Virus record (IMG/VR): IMGVR_UViG_3300008116_000046
Span: 1 to 58,460 of that record
Direction: 5' to 3' (one strand)
From: a virus
Taxonomy: Duplodnaviria > Caudoviricetes
Length of the DNA stretch: 58,460 nt
Below, piece by piece: positions 24,404 to 37,300 of the stretch (the stretch's first letter is position 1; each line of letters starts with the position of its first letter). Made by a program: the position numbers and the translations under genes. Below the pieces are notes generated by a model. That model did no database searches, was not told where the DNA came from, and was given only the letters and a program-made list of their open reading frames with translations.

Positions 24404-25174
24404 ATGGCAAAAGGATTTACAGTAAAAGCAAAGGCACCAACAACATCTCAAGAACAAGAATGGGATTATGATGCTATTAAAGAGAGAATGAGAGGTAAAA
24501 GTATTGTCTTCTGTTTGCCCGGAAGAGGTTGCTCTTTTATTTTCCTCAAAGCATTTGTACAGTTGTGCTTTGACATCGTTCAAAATGGAATGAGTATTCA
24601 GATTTCTCAAGACTACTCATCAATGGTTAATTTCGCCCGTTGCAAATGTCTTGGAGCAAATGTTCTAAGAGGACCAAAGCAAATTCCTTGGGATGGAAGA
24701 CTTCAATATGATTATCAACTTTGGATTGATAGTGATATTGTTTTTGATTCTAACAAATTCTGGCAACTCTGTGATGTTGCTTTCCCTGCAGAAGGAGAGG
24801 AGCGTGAAATTGTCGCTGGTTGGTATGCAACTGAAGACGGACACACAACCTCTGTCGCGCACTGGTTGGAGGAAGATGACTTCCGCAAGAATGGTGGAGT
24901 TATGAATCATGAGACTGTAGAGTCCATCTCCAAGCGCCGTAAGCCATTCACTGTAGACTATACAGGTTTTGGTTGGGTTATGATTAAAAATGGAGTTTTT
25001 GAAAATCTTGAATATCCTTGGTTTGCTCCTAAGATGCAAGTCTTTGAATCTGGTGCAGTGCAAGATATGTGTGGGGAAGATGTTTCATTCTGTCTTGATG
25101 CAAAGGAAGAGGGATTTGAAATCTGGTGCGATCCTCGTATTAGAGTTGGTCATGAGAAAACTCGTATTATCTGA
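24404..25174 (+). CDS. Glycosyltransferase-like protein (GT-A fold)
   Basis: LWIDSD DxD motif; TGFGW; GEDVSFC; RVGHEK. Confidence 0.8.
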   Translation: MAKGFTVKAKAPTTSQEQEWDYDAIKERMRGKSIVFCLPGRGCSFIFLKAFVQLCFDIVQNGMSIQISQDYSSMVNFARCKCLGANVLRGPKQIPWDGRLQYDYQLWIDSDIVFDSNKFWQLCDVAFPAEGEEREIVAGWYATEDGHTTSVAHWLEEDDFRKNGGVMNHETVESISKRRKPFTVDYTGFGWVMIKNGVFENLEYPWFAPKMQVFESGAVQDMCGEDVSFCLDAKEEGFEIWCDPRIRVGHEKTRII

Positions 25175-25326
25175 TGGAAACAACTTACAATCTTTTATAT
25201 AAAGGGCGTAAAATTTATAAAGATCTTACTGCAGAAGAATGTAGTGAGATCTTACAAGACTTCTCTGAACGTTATTTTTCAGGGGAAGACATTGATCCAA
25301 ATTTAATTGAACTGGAGGAAATTTAA
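25174..25326 (+). CDS. 50-aa hypothetical protein
   Basis: TGATG coupling; translated by hand. Confidence 0.65.
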   Translation: METTYNLLYKGRKIYKDLTAEECSEILQDFSERYFSGEDIDPNLIELEEI

Positions 25327-25327
25327 A

Positions 25328-25471
25328 ATGGCAACTAAAGGTGGAAGTAATAAGGTTAATTTTGAACCTGGAGCACCTAAGAAGACCAGACAGGGCCGTT
25401 CTGCTCGTACATTGCTAAGTGCAACTTCTCGTAATGGACGTAAGAAAAGGTATCGCGGTCAAGGAAAATAA
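25328..25471 (+). CDS. 47-aa basic protein ending KKRYRGQGK
   Basis: GGAGG RBS; PKKTRQG...YRGQG motif. Confidence 0.75.
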   Translation: MATKGGSNKVNFEPGAPKKTRQGRSARTLLSATSRNGRKKRYRGQGK

Positions 25472-25477
25472 AATAAA

Positions 25478-25693
25478 ATGCTACAATTAAATCCCCAAAT
25501 CCCAGTCTTTACTCCTAAAGGTAAAGGTTGGGCTTTTTTTGTAATTGATCGTTCTCAAGAGCATGATTTAGAGTGGGTTGTGTTCCTAGATAGTAATGGA
25601 GAGTGTTGGACTTTTAAAAATTCTGATGTCAGAATACAAAAAAATTATACTTTAAATCGACACAATACTAACATTTTTGAGAACTCGGGATAG
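25478..25693 (+). CDS. Hypothetical protein (MLQLNPQIP.TPKG.G)
   Basis: Clean ORF. Confidence 0.75.
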   Translation: MLQLNPQIPVFTPKGKGWAFFVIDRSQEHDLEWVVFLDSNGECWTFKNSDVRIQKNYTLNRHNTNIFENSG

Positions 25694-25736
25694 CAACCCC
25701 GTAAAAAGTTCTGATTTTCAATAATCAGGAGCTAAA

Positions 25737-25991
25737 ATGACCAAAAAAGTCGATAAAGATCAAAACTTCATGCAAAGTAAATGGGGAACTCAATATTTGG
25801 CAAGTGAATATGGGTGGGAAAGTAAAATCTCATCTCAGAAAATGCTTCGCGAGATCTCAAATGATGATCTTACTCCAAAAAAGCATGATTTTTTTCATCA
25901 AAACGAACTCCATTCAACAATTCGCAATGATAATGACTATGATGATTGGGAATATGGAACAGAGCCAATTTATGAGACAAAAAATCTATAA
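25737..25991 (+). CDS. Hypothetical protein
   Basis: AGGAG RBS. Confidence 0.7.
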   Translation: MTKKVDKDQNFMQSKWGTQYLASEYGWESKISSQKMLREISNDDLTPKKHDFFHQNELHSTIRNDNDYDDWEYGTEPIYETKNL

Positions 25992-26017
25992 TAAATAATA
26001 TTAAATTTTAATTTAAT

Positions 26018-26419
26018 ATGCCTTTAGAACGAGTAAGTAGTGGTTTTAAAGATATAAGTATGTCATTTCAGGCTAATCCTCTGAACAATGACCTTATTGG
26101 AATTAAAAATGAAACTGCAATTGCTCGTTCTATAAGAAATATTGTTTTCACTCAACCTGGAGAAAAATTTTTTAATCCCTTTTTTGGTTCTCAAGTAAAA
26201 AGATCGTTATTTGAAAACTTTGATGATCTTACATCTACTACAATTAAAGATGAAATAGAAAATTCTATTCGAAATTATGAACCAAGAGTCGAATTAATTG
26301 ATGTTAGTGCTGTCCCAGATTATGATAATAATACTTTTAACGTAACAATAATCTATAGAATTATTGGTGCAGATGTACAACCACAACAGTTAGAATTTGT
26401 ATTACTGCCTTCTAGATAA
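26018..26419 (+). CDS. gp25: Baseplate wedge subunit gp25
   Basis: IARSIRNIV.T.PGEKFF.P.FGS; NYEPRV; AATAAATA late promoter at 25990. Confidence 0.93.
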   Translation: MPLERVSSGFKDISMSFQANPLNNDLIGIKNETAIARSIRNIVFTQPGEKFFNPFFGSQVKRSLFENFDDLTSTTIKDEIENSIRNYEPRVELIDVSAVPDYDNNTFNVTIIYRIIGADVQPQQLEFVLLPSR

Positions 26420-28330
26420 ATGACATTAACAAATTTTTCAAATTTAGATTTCGATCAGATCAAGACAACACTAAAAGATTATTTGAGATCAAACTCAAAT
26501 TTTACTGACTATAATTTTGAAGGATCTAATTTATCTACAATTTTAGATGTATTAGCATATAATACCTATATTACTTCATATAATGCAAATATGGTTGCAA
26601 ATGAGGTTTTTATAGATAGTGCGACATTAAGAGAAAATGTTGTTGCTCTTGCGAGAAACATTGGATATGTTCCAAGATCCAAAAAATCAGCAAGAGCAAC
26701 AGTAAGTTTTTTTGTAGATCTTTCAAACTCGAATATACAAAGTTCTACAATAACTCTTAAAAAAGGAATAGTATCTTCAAGTTCAAACACATTTTCAAAC
26801 CAATCATTTGTATTTTCAATCTTAGAGAATATTACAAAACCAATTTTTAACGGCATTGCATCTTTTGAGGATATTAAAATCTATGAAGGTTCATTGATTA
26901 CTACTAACTTTACATATAACACTAATAATTTAAATCAAAGATTTATTTTACCCAATCCTGGCATTGATACTGATTTGCTTTCTGTCTCTGTGGATAGAGA
27001 TGGTGTCAAATCAAATTATATGCTTCATAAAAATATACTAGACATAGATAATAATTCCAAAGTATTTTTCATACAAGAAGTAGAAGATGAAAGATATGAA
27101 ATAATTTTTGGCGATGGTGTATTTGGAGAATCTCTGCAAAATGGAGATCAAATAGAAGTTTCTTATATTGTATCCAATGGAGAATCTGGAAATGGAATAT
27201 CTCAATTTTCTTTTTCTGGAACATTGTCGTCTTCAAATAACCAAAATATTACCTCTGGAATTTCTTTATTATCAACTGGGCTAATTTCGTCTGGTGGAGA
27301 GGATATAGAAGAGATTGAATCCATTAAAAAATACTCAGGAAGGATATACGCATCTCAAAATAGAGCCGTAACATCAAATGATTACGAATCTCTTATTAAA
27401 ACTGTAGTATATCCAGAAACAGAATCTATTTCTGTTTTCGGTGGAGAAGAATTGATTCCCCCTCAGTATGGAAAAGTCTTCATTAGTATTAAGCCAAGGA
27501 CTGGAGATTTTCTACCAAATTTAATCAAAGAAAATATAAAATTAAAGTTAAAGCAATATTCTGTTGCAGGAATAGTTCCCGAAATTCTAGATTTAAAATA
27601 TCTTTACGTAGAGACAGATTCTAAAATTTATTATAATCCAAATTTATCTTCAGGGTCAGAACAGGTATTAACTGCAATTAATTATAATGTAAATAAGTAT
27701 GCAAAATCCACTGAGTTGAATAAGTATGGGGCGAGATTTAAATATAGTAAATTTTTAAAAATTATAGATGACAGTCATAGTGCAATTACATCTAACATTA
27801 CAAAAATTTCTATTCGTAGGGATTTAAGAATAGTAGCAAATTCTTTTGCAACATATTCAATTGGATTCGGCAATCAATTTCATATTTCGGATCTGAACGG
27901 TTTCAATATTAAATCTACTGCATTTAGAATATCTGGGGTACAAGAAGACCTCTACTTATCAGACATACCAAACACTGATAGGGAAACAGGGATCATATTC
28001 TTCTTTAGTCTGCCAAATAAATCCTCAACTAACCCAACTATTGTTAGGAGAAGTGCTGGAACTATAGATTATAAAAAAGGTATAATTAATTTAAATCCAT
28101 TAAATATAATATCTACTGAAAAAATAATAAATGGACAACCGACTATTCAAATATCTGCAATTCCAAAATCAAATGATGTAATTGGATTGCAGGATTTATA
28201 TTTGCAACTAGATATTAATAGCAGTTTATTTGAAATGGTAGTTGATGAAATTTCTTCTGGAGCAGATCCTTCAGCATCAAACTATATTGTATCTTCAAGC
28301 TATGGTAATGGAAATTTAGTAAGATCTTAA
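26420..28330 (+). CDS. gp6: Baseplate wedge subunit gp6
   Basis: LDFDQIK..LK.YL; FTDYNFEGS; QNRAVT.NDY; synteny after gp25. Confidence 0.93.
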   Translation: MTLTNFSNLDFDQIKTTLKDYLRSNSNFTDYNFEGSNLSTILDVLAYNTYITSYNANMVANEVFIDSATLRENVVALARNIGYVPRSKKSARATVSFFVDLSNSNIQSSTITLKKGIVSSSSNTFSNQSFVFSILENITKPIFNGIASFEDIKIYEGSLITTNFTYNTNNLNQRFILPNPGIDTDLLSVSVDRDGVKSNYMLHKNILDIDNNSKVFFIQEVEDERYEIIFGDGVFGESLQNGDQIEVSYIVSNGESGNGISQFSFSGTLSSSNNQNITSGISLLSTGLISSGGEDIEEIESIKKYSGRIYASQNRAVTSNDYESLIKTVVYPETESISVFGGEELIPPQYGKVFISIKPRTGDFLPNLIKENIKLKLKQYSVAGIVPEILDLKYLYVETDSKIYYNPNLSSGSEQVLTAINYNVNKYAKSTELNKYGARFKYSKFLKIIDDSHSAITSNITKISIRRDLRIVANSFATYSIGFGNQFHISDLNGFNIKSTAFRISGVQEDLYLSDIPNTDRETGIIFFFSLPNKSSTNPTIVRRSAGTIDYKKGIINLNPLNIISTEKIINGQPTIQISAIPKSNDVIGLQDLYLQLDINSSLFEMVVDEISSGADPSASNYIVSSSYGNGNLVRS

Positions 28331-28334
28331 AAAA

Positions 28335-31300
28335 ATGTCAGAAACCAGAATTAAATTCTCTAATATTGTCGAAAATCAACTTCCAGAATATATTAAAGAG
28401 GAATTTCCTCTTTTTTCAGAATTTTTAACGCAATATTATATTTCTAATGAATATCAAGGATCTCCTGCAGACTTGATTCAGAATATTGATAGATATACTA
28501 AAATTGACAACTCTGCAGAGAATGTAAGTGATGTAATTTTAAAGGAAGATATATCGTTTCTTGATGAGGTAATCACTGTTGATTTGGAGAAAAATCCAAC
28601 AGGAACTCAAGGATTTCCAAAATCATACGGATTATTACAAATTGATGACGAAATCATCACCTATAAAGAAACATCCCAAGATTCTTTCATTGGATGTGTT
28701 AGAGGATTTAGTGGCATTGTTTCTTATGAAGCAGAAGGATCTTCAGATGAAGTATTATTTAAAACTTCACTATCAGACACTCATAAATCTGGTTCAAAAA
28801 TAATTAATTTAAGTGTATTATTTTTAAATGAGTTCTTAAAAAAAACTAAATATCAACTTTTACCGGGATTTGAAGAAAAGAATTTATATTCTGCGGTTAA
28901 TGAAAAACTTTTTATCAAACAGGGACATGATTTTTATTCTTCAAAGGGAACAGACGAATCTTTTAACATATTATTTAAATGTCTTTATGGGCAAAGTGTA
29001 AAAATTATAAGACCAAAAGATTACTTATTTAAGCCGTCAGATGCTCAGTATAATGTAACCTATGATTTTGTCGTAGAATCTATAGACGGAAATCCATTAG
29101 ATTTGGTGAATTCTACTTTATATCAAGATGAATATGAATATGGAAATTATGCAAAATCATATGCTCCGATTACAAGTGTAGAAACACTTATCACAAAATC
29201 TGGCGAAAAATATTATAAATTAAGCGTAGATGCAGGATACTCCAGAGATATTAGCGTAGATGGTTCTGTTTATGGCGAGTTTTCAATTCACCCCAAAACT
29301 AAAGTAATTGATGATCATTCAGAACTATCAGACGTGATTACTGTAGACTCGACATTAGGATTTCCTAAAAATGGACATTTAAGTGTTGAGTATACAGATG
29401 GAACTTCTGGAATAGTTTCATACACATCAAAGTCAGTAAATCAATTTTATGGGTGTTTTAGTGTAAATGGAAGTAGTATTGGATCAATTTCAAATGGTTC
29501 TAAAGTATCAATAAACACCTTTGCGTATGGAAGTTCCCTAAATTCAGAAGTAATAAAGGTTAAAATTAATTCTATATTGAATCAAGTAGAATTAAAAAAT
29601 AACCCTGATAATTTTTATCATAACCCCAATACAAAAATATCAGTTAAATCTTTAGGATTTAATGAGGATAATAATTTTGCGTTCAATAATTGGATTTTCA
29701 ATACTTCCCCAACTTATAATAATTGTTCGGTAGAATTGACAAATTCTCAAGAGAAAAAATACACTATAACCACAAAATCAAATAATATTATAAGAAAAGG
29801 TGATTTTGTAGAAATTAAAAATATAAACTCTAATGTGAAAGTAGATGAAGTATTTAATAAAACCTCATTTTCGATCAAAGGAATTGATCTATCACCAAAT
29901 GTTCTATATTCAATAAGAAGAAAAATATCTAAGGTAAATATACAATCATCAAAGTACTCTAATCTATTAAAAATTTCATCAGATGTACAAAATATATACG
30001 AAAAAGATAATCAATTAATAGTTGCAACAAATTCTTTACCGAAGTATGAGGATTTGCCTTTAAGTACTAATGACTTTTCAGTCACTGGCAATTTTATTGG
30101 AATTAGTACAATACAAATAGAAGGTGGTCATTATTTTGAGAGCGGAGATATAGTATATTTCACTCCAGCAAATAATGAGAAAGCCCAAAATTTACTTGAG
30201 GAAGGAATTTATTTCGTAAACAGACAAAACGATACTCAAATTAACTTGGGTAAAAGTAGATCATCAATTTATAAATCAGATTTTGTTGAATTAAATTTAG
30301 ATGAAAATTCTACCTATGATGATGCAGACGGGTGCAAAATAGAATTTTTTAATTTTGCTTCAAAGTCCCTAAATGCTCAAAAACTACTTAGAGTAATTCC
30401 TACACCAACAAACGACAGTAATGATTATGAGTCTTTTCCTGGAGCAATTGGAATATTAATAAACGGAACAGAAATATTCAATTATAAATCTACGGATAAA
30501 ATATATTATGGACAAATTGAATCTATAGAGATATTGTCTTCTGAAAATGATTATGATGTAATAAATCCACCCATTTTAAAAGTAGAAGATTCTTTAGGAA
30601 GTGGAGTATCTGGATATTGCTCGGTTGAGGGAATCTTAGCAGATATTGAAGTTATAGATCCTGGATTTGATTACGTAGAAACACCCATAATATCCATTAC
30701 AGGAGGAAACGGCACCGGTGCCAATGCTGTAGCAAATATCAAGTTAGTTGACCATGAAGTCTTATTTGACGCTCAAAAAAATGTAACCACAGGAAATTCA
30801 ACTGCATCAAAAATAGGGTTTTCTACTTATCATAAATTTAGAAATGGCGAAAGAGTAATTTACAAGACTAATGGATATTCTTCAGTTGGAGGCATATCTA
30901 CTAATGCTTCATACTATGTGTCAGTAAAATCACCAACAGAGATTCAACTTCATTCTAATATAGAACAATTTAATTCTGGAATTGCAATATCTTTTACTTC
31001 TCTGGGAGTAGGGGAACATAAAATTTTAGCATATGATAAAAAAATTACTGTAGGATCTATTAGTATTATCGATCCAGGAAGCGGATATCAAAATAAAAAA
31101 AGAACTACTTCTTCTTCTGGGATTAGTACTTTCTCTGGATATGGAGCAATTTTTATAGAAAACCATGGATATGAATCTGGAGAAATATTAAAATATTCAG
31201 TGGAAGGAACTGCGATTTCTGGTTTATCTACAAATAAAGAATACTTCATAACAAAACTGAATGAAGATCGTTTTACTCTTTCGGAAGTTGGCGTAGGAAT

Positions 31301-34300
31301 TACAGAGAAAGATTTTTATTACAAATCAGCACAGTATATTAAATTTAATTCTGTTGGGGTTGGTACTCATATTTTCAATTATCCAGAAATAAATGTAAGT
31401 GTTATTGGAGAAATTGGAGTATCTACTGTAGGTGGATCAATAACAAAGGATGTTTTTAAATCTAGAGTAAATCCAAAGTTTAGAGGAAAAGTTTCTTCTA
31501 TTCATCTTAACAATAAAGGAACTAATTATGGATCTCCGGATATTTTAAATTTCAATAGATTACCTGAAATTTCTTTAGAATCTGGTTCTGGAGCAGTGTT
31601 AAGTCCTATCATAAAAGAAGGAAGAATAGTAGATGTCTCCATTATTTCCTCAGGACAGGATTATAACTCTTCTCCCGTCATTTCAGTGATAGGTGATGGA
31701 ATTGGTGCAGTTTTAAATCCAATAGTAAGTGGAGGATCTATAATTTCTGTTAAAGTTATAGAAAGTGGATTTGGGTATAGTCAAAGCGGAACACAAATAA
31801 CTGTGCTAGCAAATGGCAGCGGAGCTAAATTATATCCAAAGATTCAAACATGGACTATCAATTTAGTAGAAAGATTTTTAAAATCTTTTAGTCAGTTAGA
31901 TGATGGCGCATTATTTAAATCAATTTCTAAAGAAGATGAATTGCAGTATGGACATTTGTATTATCCAAGAAAATTTAAGGAAATTTTGAATGATAATACA
32001 AATCCAAATATTTTATCACACTCTCCTTTAATAGGATGGGCATACGATGGAAATCCCATATATGGTCCTTATGGATATAATAAAAAAAATGGTAGTGGTG
32101 GAATAGTTCAATTAAACTCAGGATACTTACTAAAAACATCTGCTCAAAATAATAGACCAGAATTTCCATTAGGATTTTTTATAGAAGATTATGAGTATAA
32201 AAACAAAAATGATGAAAATTGTCTCGATGAGTACAATGGAAGATTTTGTATTACTCCAGAATTTCCCCTAGGAGTATATGCTTATTTTTCTACATTAGAT
32301 TTAACTACATCTAGCGAATTTAATGGATATAAAAAACCAAAATTCCCATATTTTGTAGGAAATTTCTACCGCTCAAAACCAAATGGATTTAATTTTGTTT
32401 CAGGTTCAACTCAAGAAAAACTTGATTTGAATGAAATCGAATGTTTAAGAAATACAAATTCTTATGGATTGGATGATAAAAATATTATCTATGAATATTT
32501 GAATACTCAAGATTATAAAATACAATTCTCTGAAGTTAAATCCATTTCTCCGGGATATATTGAAAAGGTAGAAATATTAAATTCAGGAGAAAATTACCGG
32601 GTAGGAGATAATATAATATTTGATAACCAAGGAACATCTGGTTATAATGCTGCCGCAAAAGTCTCTAAAGTTTTTGGAAAAGCGATACAAAATATAAGTG
32701 TAACAACGACTAGTGTTAGTAATGTTGAATTCTATCCAGATTTTAGAAATAATTCATTTTTAGGAATTTTTAAAGACCCACATCAGTTTAAAGATGATGA
32801 AGTAGTAACAATATCTGGATTGAGTACTACAACTTATACTTTTGATGGATTGCACTTAATTGAGGTCCCAAGCAATTTCTTAGTACTAAGAGAAAATGTA
32901 GGTAGTGTTTCTTCCACGGGAATAGTAACTTATTTTTCTGTCTCTGGTAATATTGATAATTTTAAATCTAACGACATTTTAGGAATAGGAACTGAAAAAG
33001 TTAGAGTTTTAAATGCTGATAATTTATCTTCTAGAATAAGAGTTTTAAGGTCTGTTTACGGAACTGTTGGTTCTGCCCATTCAGCACTGGAGGTATTAGA
33101 GGAAAAATCAAGAAAAATAATATTCCAAAATCAATATTCGCCAAAATTCGAATATAAACTAAATGATGAACTCTATTTTAATCCAAAAGATTCTTTAGGA
33201 TTGGGTGTTGGAATTGGATATACTTTAAATTTTTCAAATCCAGGAAGTGGAGCAACAACATTGTTAATTCCAAGCAAATCAGTTTATTTTCCAAATCATG
33301 GATTAAAAACTGGAGATGAGTTAATATATTCTTCCAATGGAGGATCTACCATACAAGTCTCTATAAATGGATCTTCAAATTTTTCTTTATCCAATAATAC
33401 AAAACTTTTTGTAGCAAAGATTTCTGATGATATTATAGGAGTTTCGACGGTTAAGGTAGGAATTGGTAGTACAGGTGGATTTGTTGGGATTACTAGTGCA
33501 ACAAAAAATTCTACAACTTTGTATTTTTCTGGTATAGGAACTGGAACTAATCATAGTTTTAAAACCAATTATGAAAAAATATATGGAACGGTGTCAAAAA
33601 ATGTTGTTACTGTATCCACATCAAGCACTCATGGATTAACAACTAATGACATAGTATCCATAGATGTAAATCCAAAGACATCAACATCAGTAATTGTAAA
33701 ATATGATGATCAAAAAAGAAGAGTTATTATAAATCCAAAGAATTTTATATCTTCAGGAGTTAGTACTTTGAATAGTACTATTACTATTGATGATCACAGA
33801 TTTGTCACAGGGCAAAAAATAATTTACAAAACAGATACCTCAACACAAAATTTAACCAATAATGAAATTTATTACATTTTAGTTTTAGATGAAAATACTA
33901 TAAAATTATGTGATTCTTATTATGACTCTATTTCTCCAGACCCAAAAACAATAAAAATAACTTCTGTTTCTAATGGATCGATTTCCCCAATTAATCCGTT
34001 AATAAAATTATATAAAGAATCTGATGTTACTTTTGATTTATCGGATTCTTCTCTAGCATATACAGCAAATAACAATCAATATTCAGCCTTTAAATTTGAA
34101 CTTTATACTGACCCATATTTTAAAAATGTTTTCAATAAAACAGAAGAATATGAAGAATTTAATATTATTCAAGAAGGAACTGTTGGAATTAGTCAGAATG
34201 CAAAGGTCATTTTAAACATAAAGAGTGATTTTCCTGACAAATTATATTATCGATTAGTTCCAGTATTTACTGATGGAATTGTTTATCCAGAAAATAAAAG

Positions 34301-37300
34301 AGAAATTATAGTTGATAATTTATTAATAGAGTCAAATAATACCTTAGATTTATTGAGAAGTGGTTATATAGGAAATTACCCCGTTTTTGTTGGTGTTGGT
34401 TCTACTTCTTCTTTCGAGTACTTATTACCCAATAAACCAGAGGTTGTTTCGTATTCATCAACAATATCATCATTAAGTTATAGTACAAATTCTATCAGTG
34501 CTTTTGGTCCCATTTCAGAGATAAAGGTAGTTGATCCTGGGAAAAATTATTACTCTTTACCAAGAATTTCGAAAATAAATTCAATTAATGGAAAAGATGC
34601 TTTATTGGAAGGTTTTAGTGAGTCTATTGGAAAAATAAAAGGATATAAAATTAATAATATAGGATTTGATTTTTCTTCTGATACCACTTTAGTGCCAAAA
34701 AATTATCCTATACTAGTAGTAAAATTAGAATCTTTATATTCTATCGATACAATAACAGTTTCCTCCTTTGGAATAAATTATAATACTCCACCAAAATTGT
34801 TAGCAATAGATAGCAAAACTAATGAAGTTATACAAGATTTGGATTTGGAGTATTCCCTAAACAACACTGTCGTAAAAATAGTAAAAAATACTTCTACTTT
34901 GAGTGGGTTGATTCCAAAAATAATACCAATAGAAAATAACAATGGATTTAAAATAAACTCCATAGAGTTTAATTCTACTACCAAACTTGTTACAATTACT
35001 TTTCCATATACTGGAGATTTTCCATTCTCTCTTAATGATAAAATACTTATTGAAAATGCAAAGGTTTCTGACAGTGAAAGTAAAGGATATAATTCCGAAA
35101 ATTACAATTATGAACTATTCACTATAGAGCAATTAACCGTAGATGTTGGATTGGGTCAAGGAACATTAACCTATAGTTTAAAAGATTACTTAGAATCTGG
35201 AGAAGATCCTGGTGTTTTTGATAATATTAATTCTGTGGGTAGAATTATTCCGGAAAAATATTTCCCTTCATTTACTATTACGTTAAAAAGAGGTCAATAT
35301 TTAGTTGGAGAAAATATTAAATCAGAGTCATCACAAGAAAAAGAAGGTTATGTATCTGATTGGGACGAATATTCGGGTCTTTTAACTATTTCAAATCCAA
35401 CTAAGGAATTTCAAATTGGTGAAGTAATTCAGGGAGAATCTACTGGGGCAAAATCAAAAATTTTAAACATATACAAAACAGATTCTACAACTAATATTTC
35501 TTCAAAAACAAAGTTGAATAAAGGATGGAAACAAAATAGTGGATTTTTGAATGATGATATTCAAAAAATTCAAGATAGTTTCTATTATCAAAATTTTTCA
35601 TATTCAATAAAATCAAAAGTAGATTATGATACTTGGAAAGACTCTGTTTTAACTTTAAATCACCCCAAAGGGTTCAAAGTTTTTTCTGATTATCAATTAG
35701 AATCTACTCAATATGCTGGAATATCAACAACTAAACCATCTGATCTTTCCGTTACATTAGATATTTTTAGCAAATCGGATTTTAATACTTATTATTTTGA
35801 TCTTTCTTCAGAAAATATCTTCAATATAGACTCAAAATTAGTCTCAAATGAGATTATATTTAAAAATAAAGTAGTACAAGATTATATTTTATCATTCGGA
35901 AATAAAGTTCTTAGCATAGATGATATAAGTTCTCAATTTGATAGTAGTGATAATGTATCTAAAAAAGATTTTATTTTAACCAGTAACGATTATCCGATAT
36001 TTAAGAGAGTTTTTAAAGGAAATGATCAGTCTATCGTAGATACTACATCAGATACTATAGAAATAGAAAATCACTTTTTTGTTACTGGGGAAAAAATTTC
36101 CTACTTTAATGGAACAAATTCAGTATCCAATTCAATTGGAATTGCTTCTACTTACTTTGGAGTGGGAATAGGGACGACAAATAAATTACCAAATGAACTA
36201 TATGTAGTAAAAATAGACGATAATAAAATAAAGATATCGCGAAATGCAGAAGATGCGTTAAATTCTACACCAAAAACTTTAGATATCACTAGTGTCGGTA
36301 TAGGAACAACTCATTATTTTTCTTGCTTTAATCAAAATTCTAGAGTATTAATTTCTATAGATGGAATTATTCAATCTCCAATTACAATAACATCAGTGAA
36401 AAGTTCATTGTCTCAAAATATTTCAATATCGACAGATTTTGTTTATGCTACAGGAATTTCTTCATTTTTTAATGGAGATTTTATAAAAATTGATGACGAA
36501 ATAATGAAAATTAATTCCGTAGGTATTGGATCTACAAATTTAATAAAAGTAGATCGATCTTTATTAGGAACAGATCCAGAATCACATTCTCAAGGATCAA
36601 TAATTACAAAAATTATTGGAAACTATAACATAAATGAAAATACTATCAATTTTGCATCACCCCCTTTATCACTAGTAGATCCTTTAGACGCATTCTTAAC
36701 ACAAAAATCGAAATTCCACGGAAGATCTTTTATAAAATCTGGCAATCCTGACCAAAATAAAGATACATATAGCAATAATTATATTTTTGACGATATTTCA
36801 GATTCTTTTACTGGTATTTCCAGTGGATTTATTCTTAAAAACAATCAAACGAATGTTTCTGGAATATCAACAGATAATATAATGTTATTAATTAATAACA
36901 TTCCCCAGATACCATCAATAACAACAAACGAAATAACTCTAACAAATAATTATTATTTGTCTGAAGGATCTGGTGTTACTACAGTATTTTTTGTGGGTTC
37001 CAATAACATTCCAAATCAAACTGACATTAACACTGGGAATTTGCCCACAAAAGGAGTTATAGTATCTGTTGGATCTAGCGATAGTCTTGGATATCAACCA
37101 TTAGTTTCTGCGGGGGGCACTGTTATTGTTTCAATATCTGGAACGATTTCCTCAGTTTCAATTGGAAATAGTGGATCTGGATATAGATCAGGAATACAAA
37201 GTCCGATTAGGGTTGGTGTTATAACTCAATATGAACAAGATAATAAAATTACTTATATTGGAATAGCAACAGTAAGCAAAGGAAATATAGTTGGGGTATC

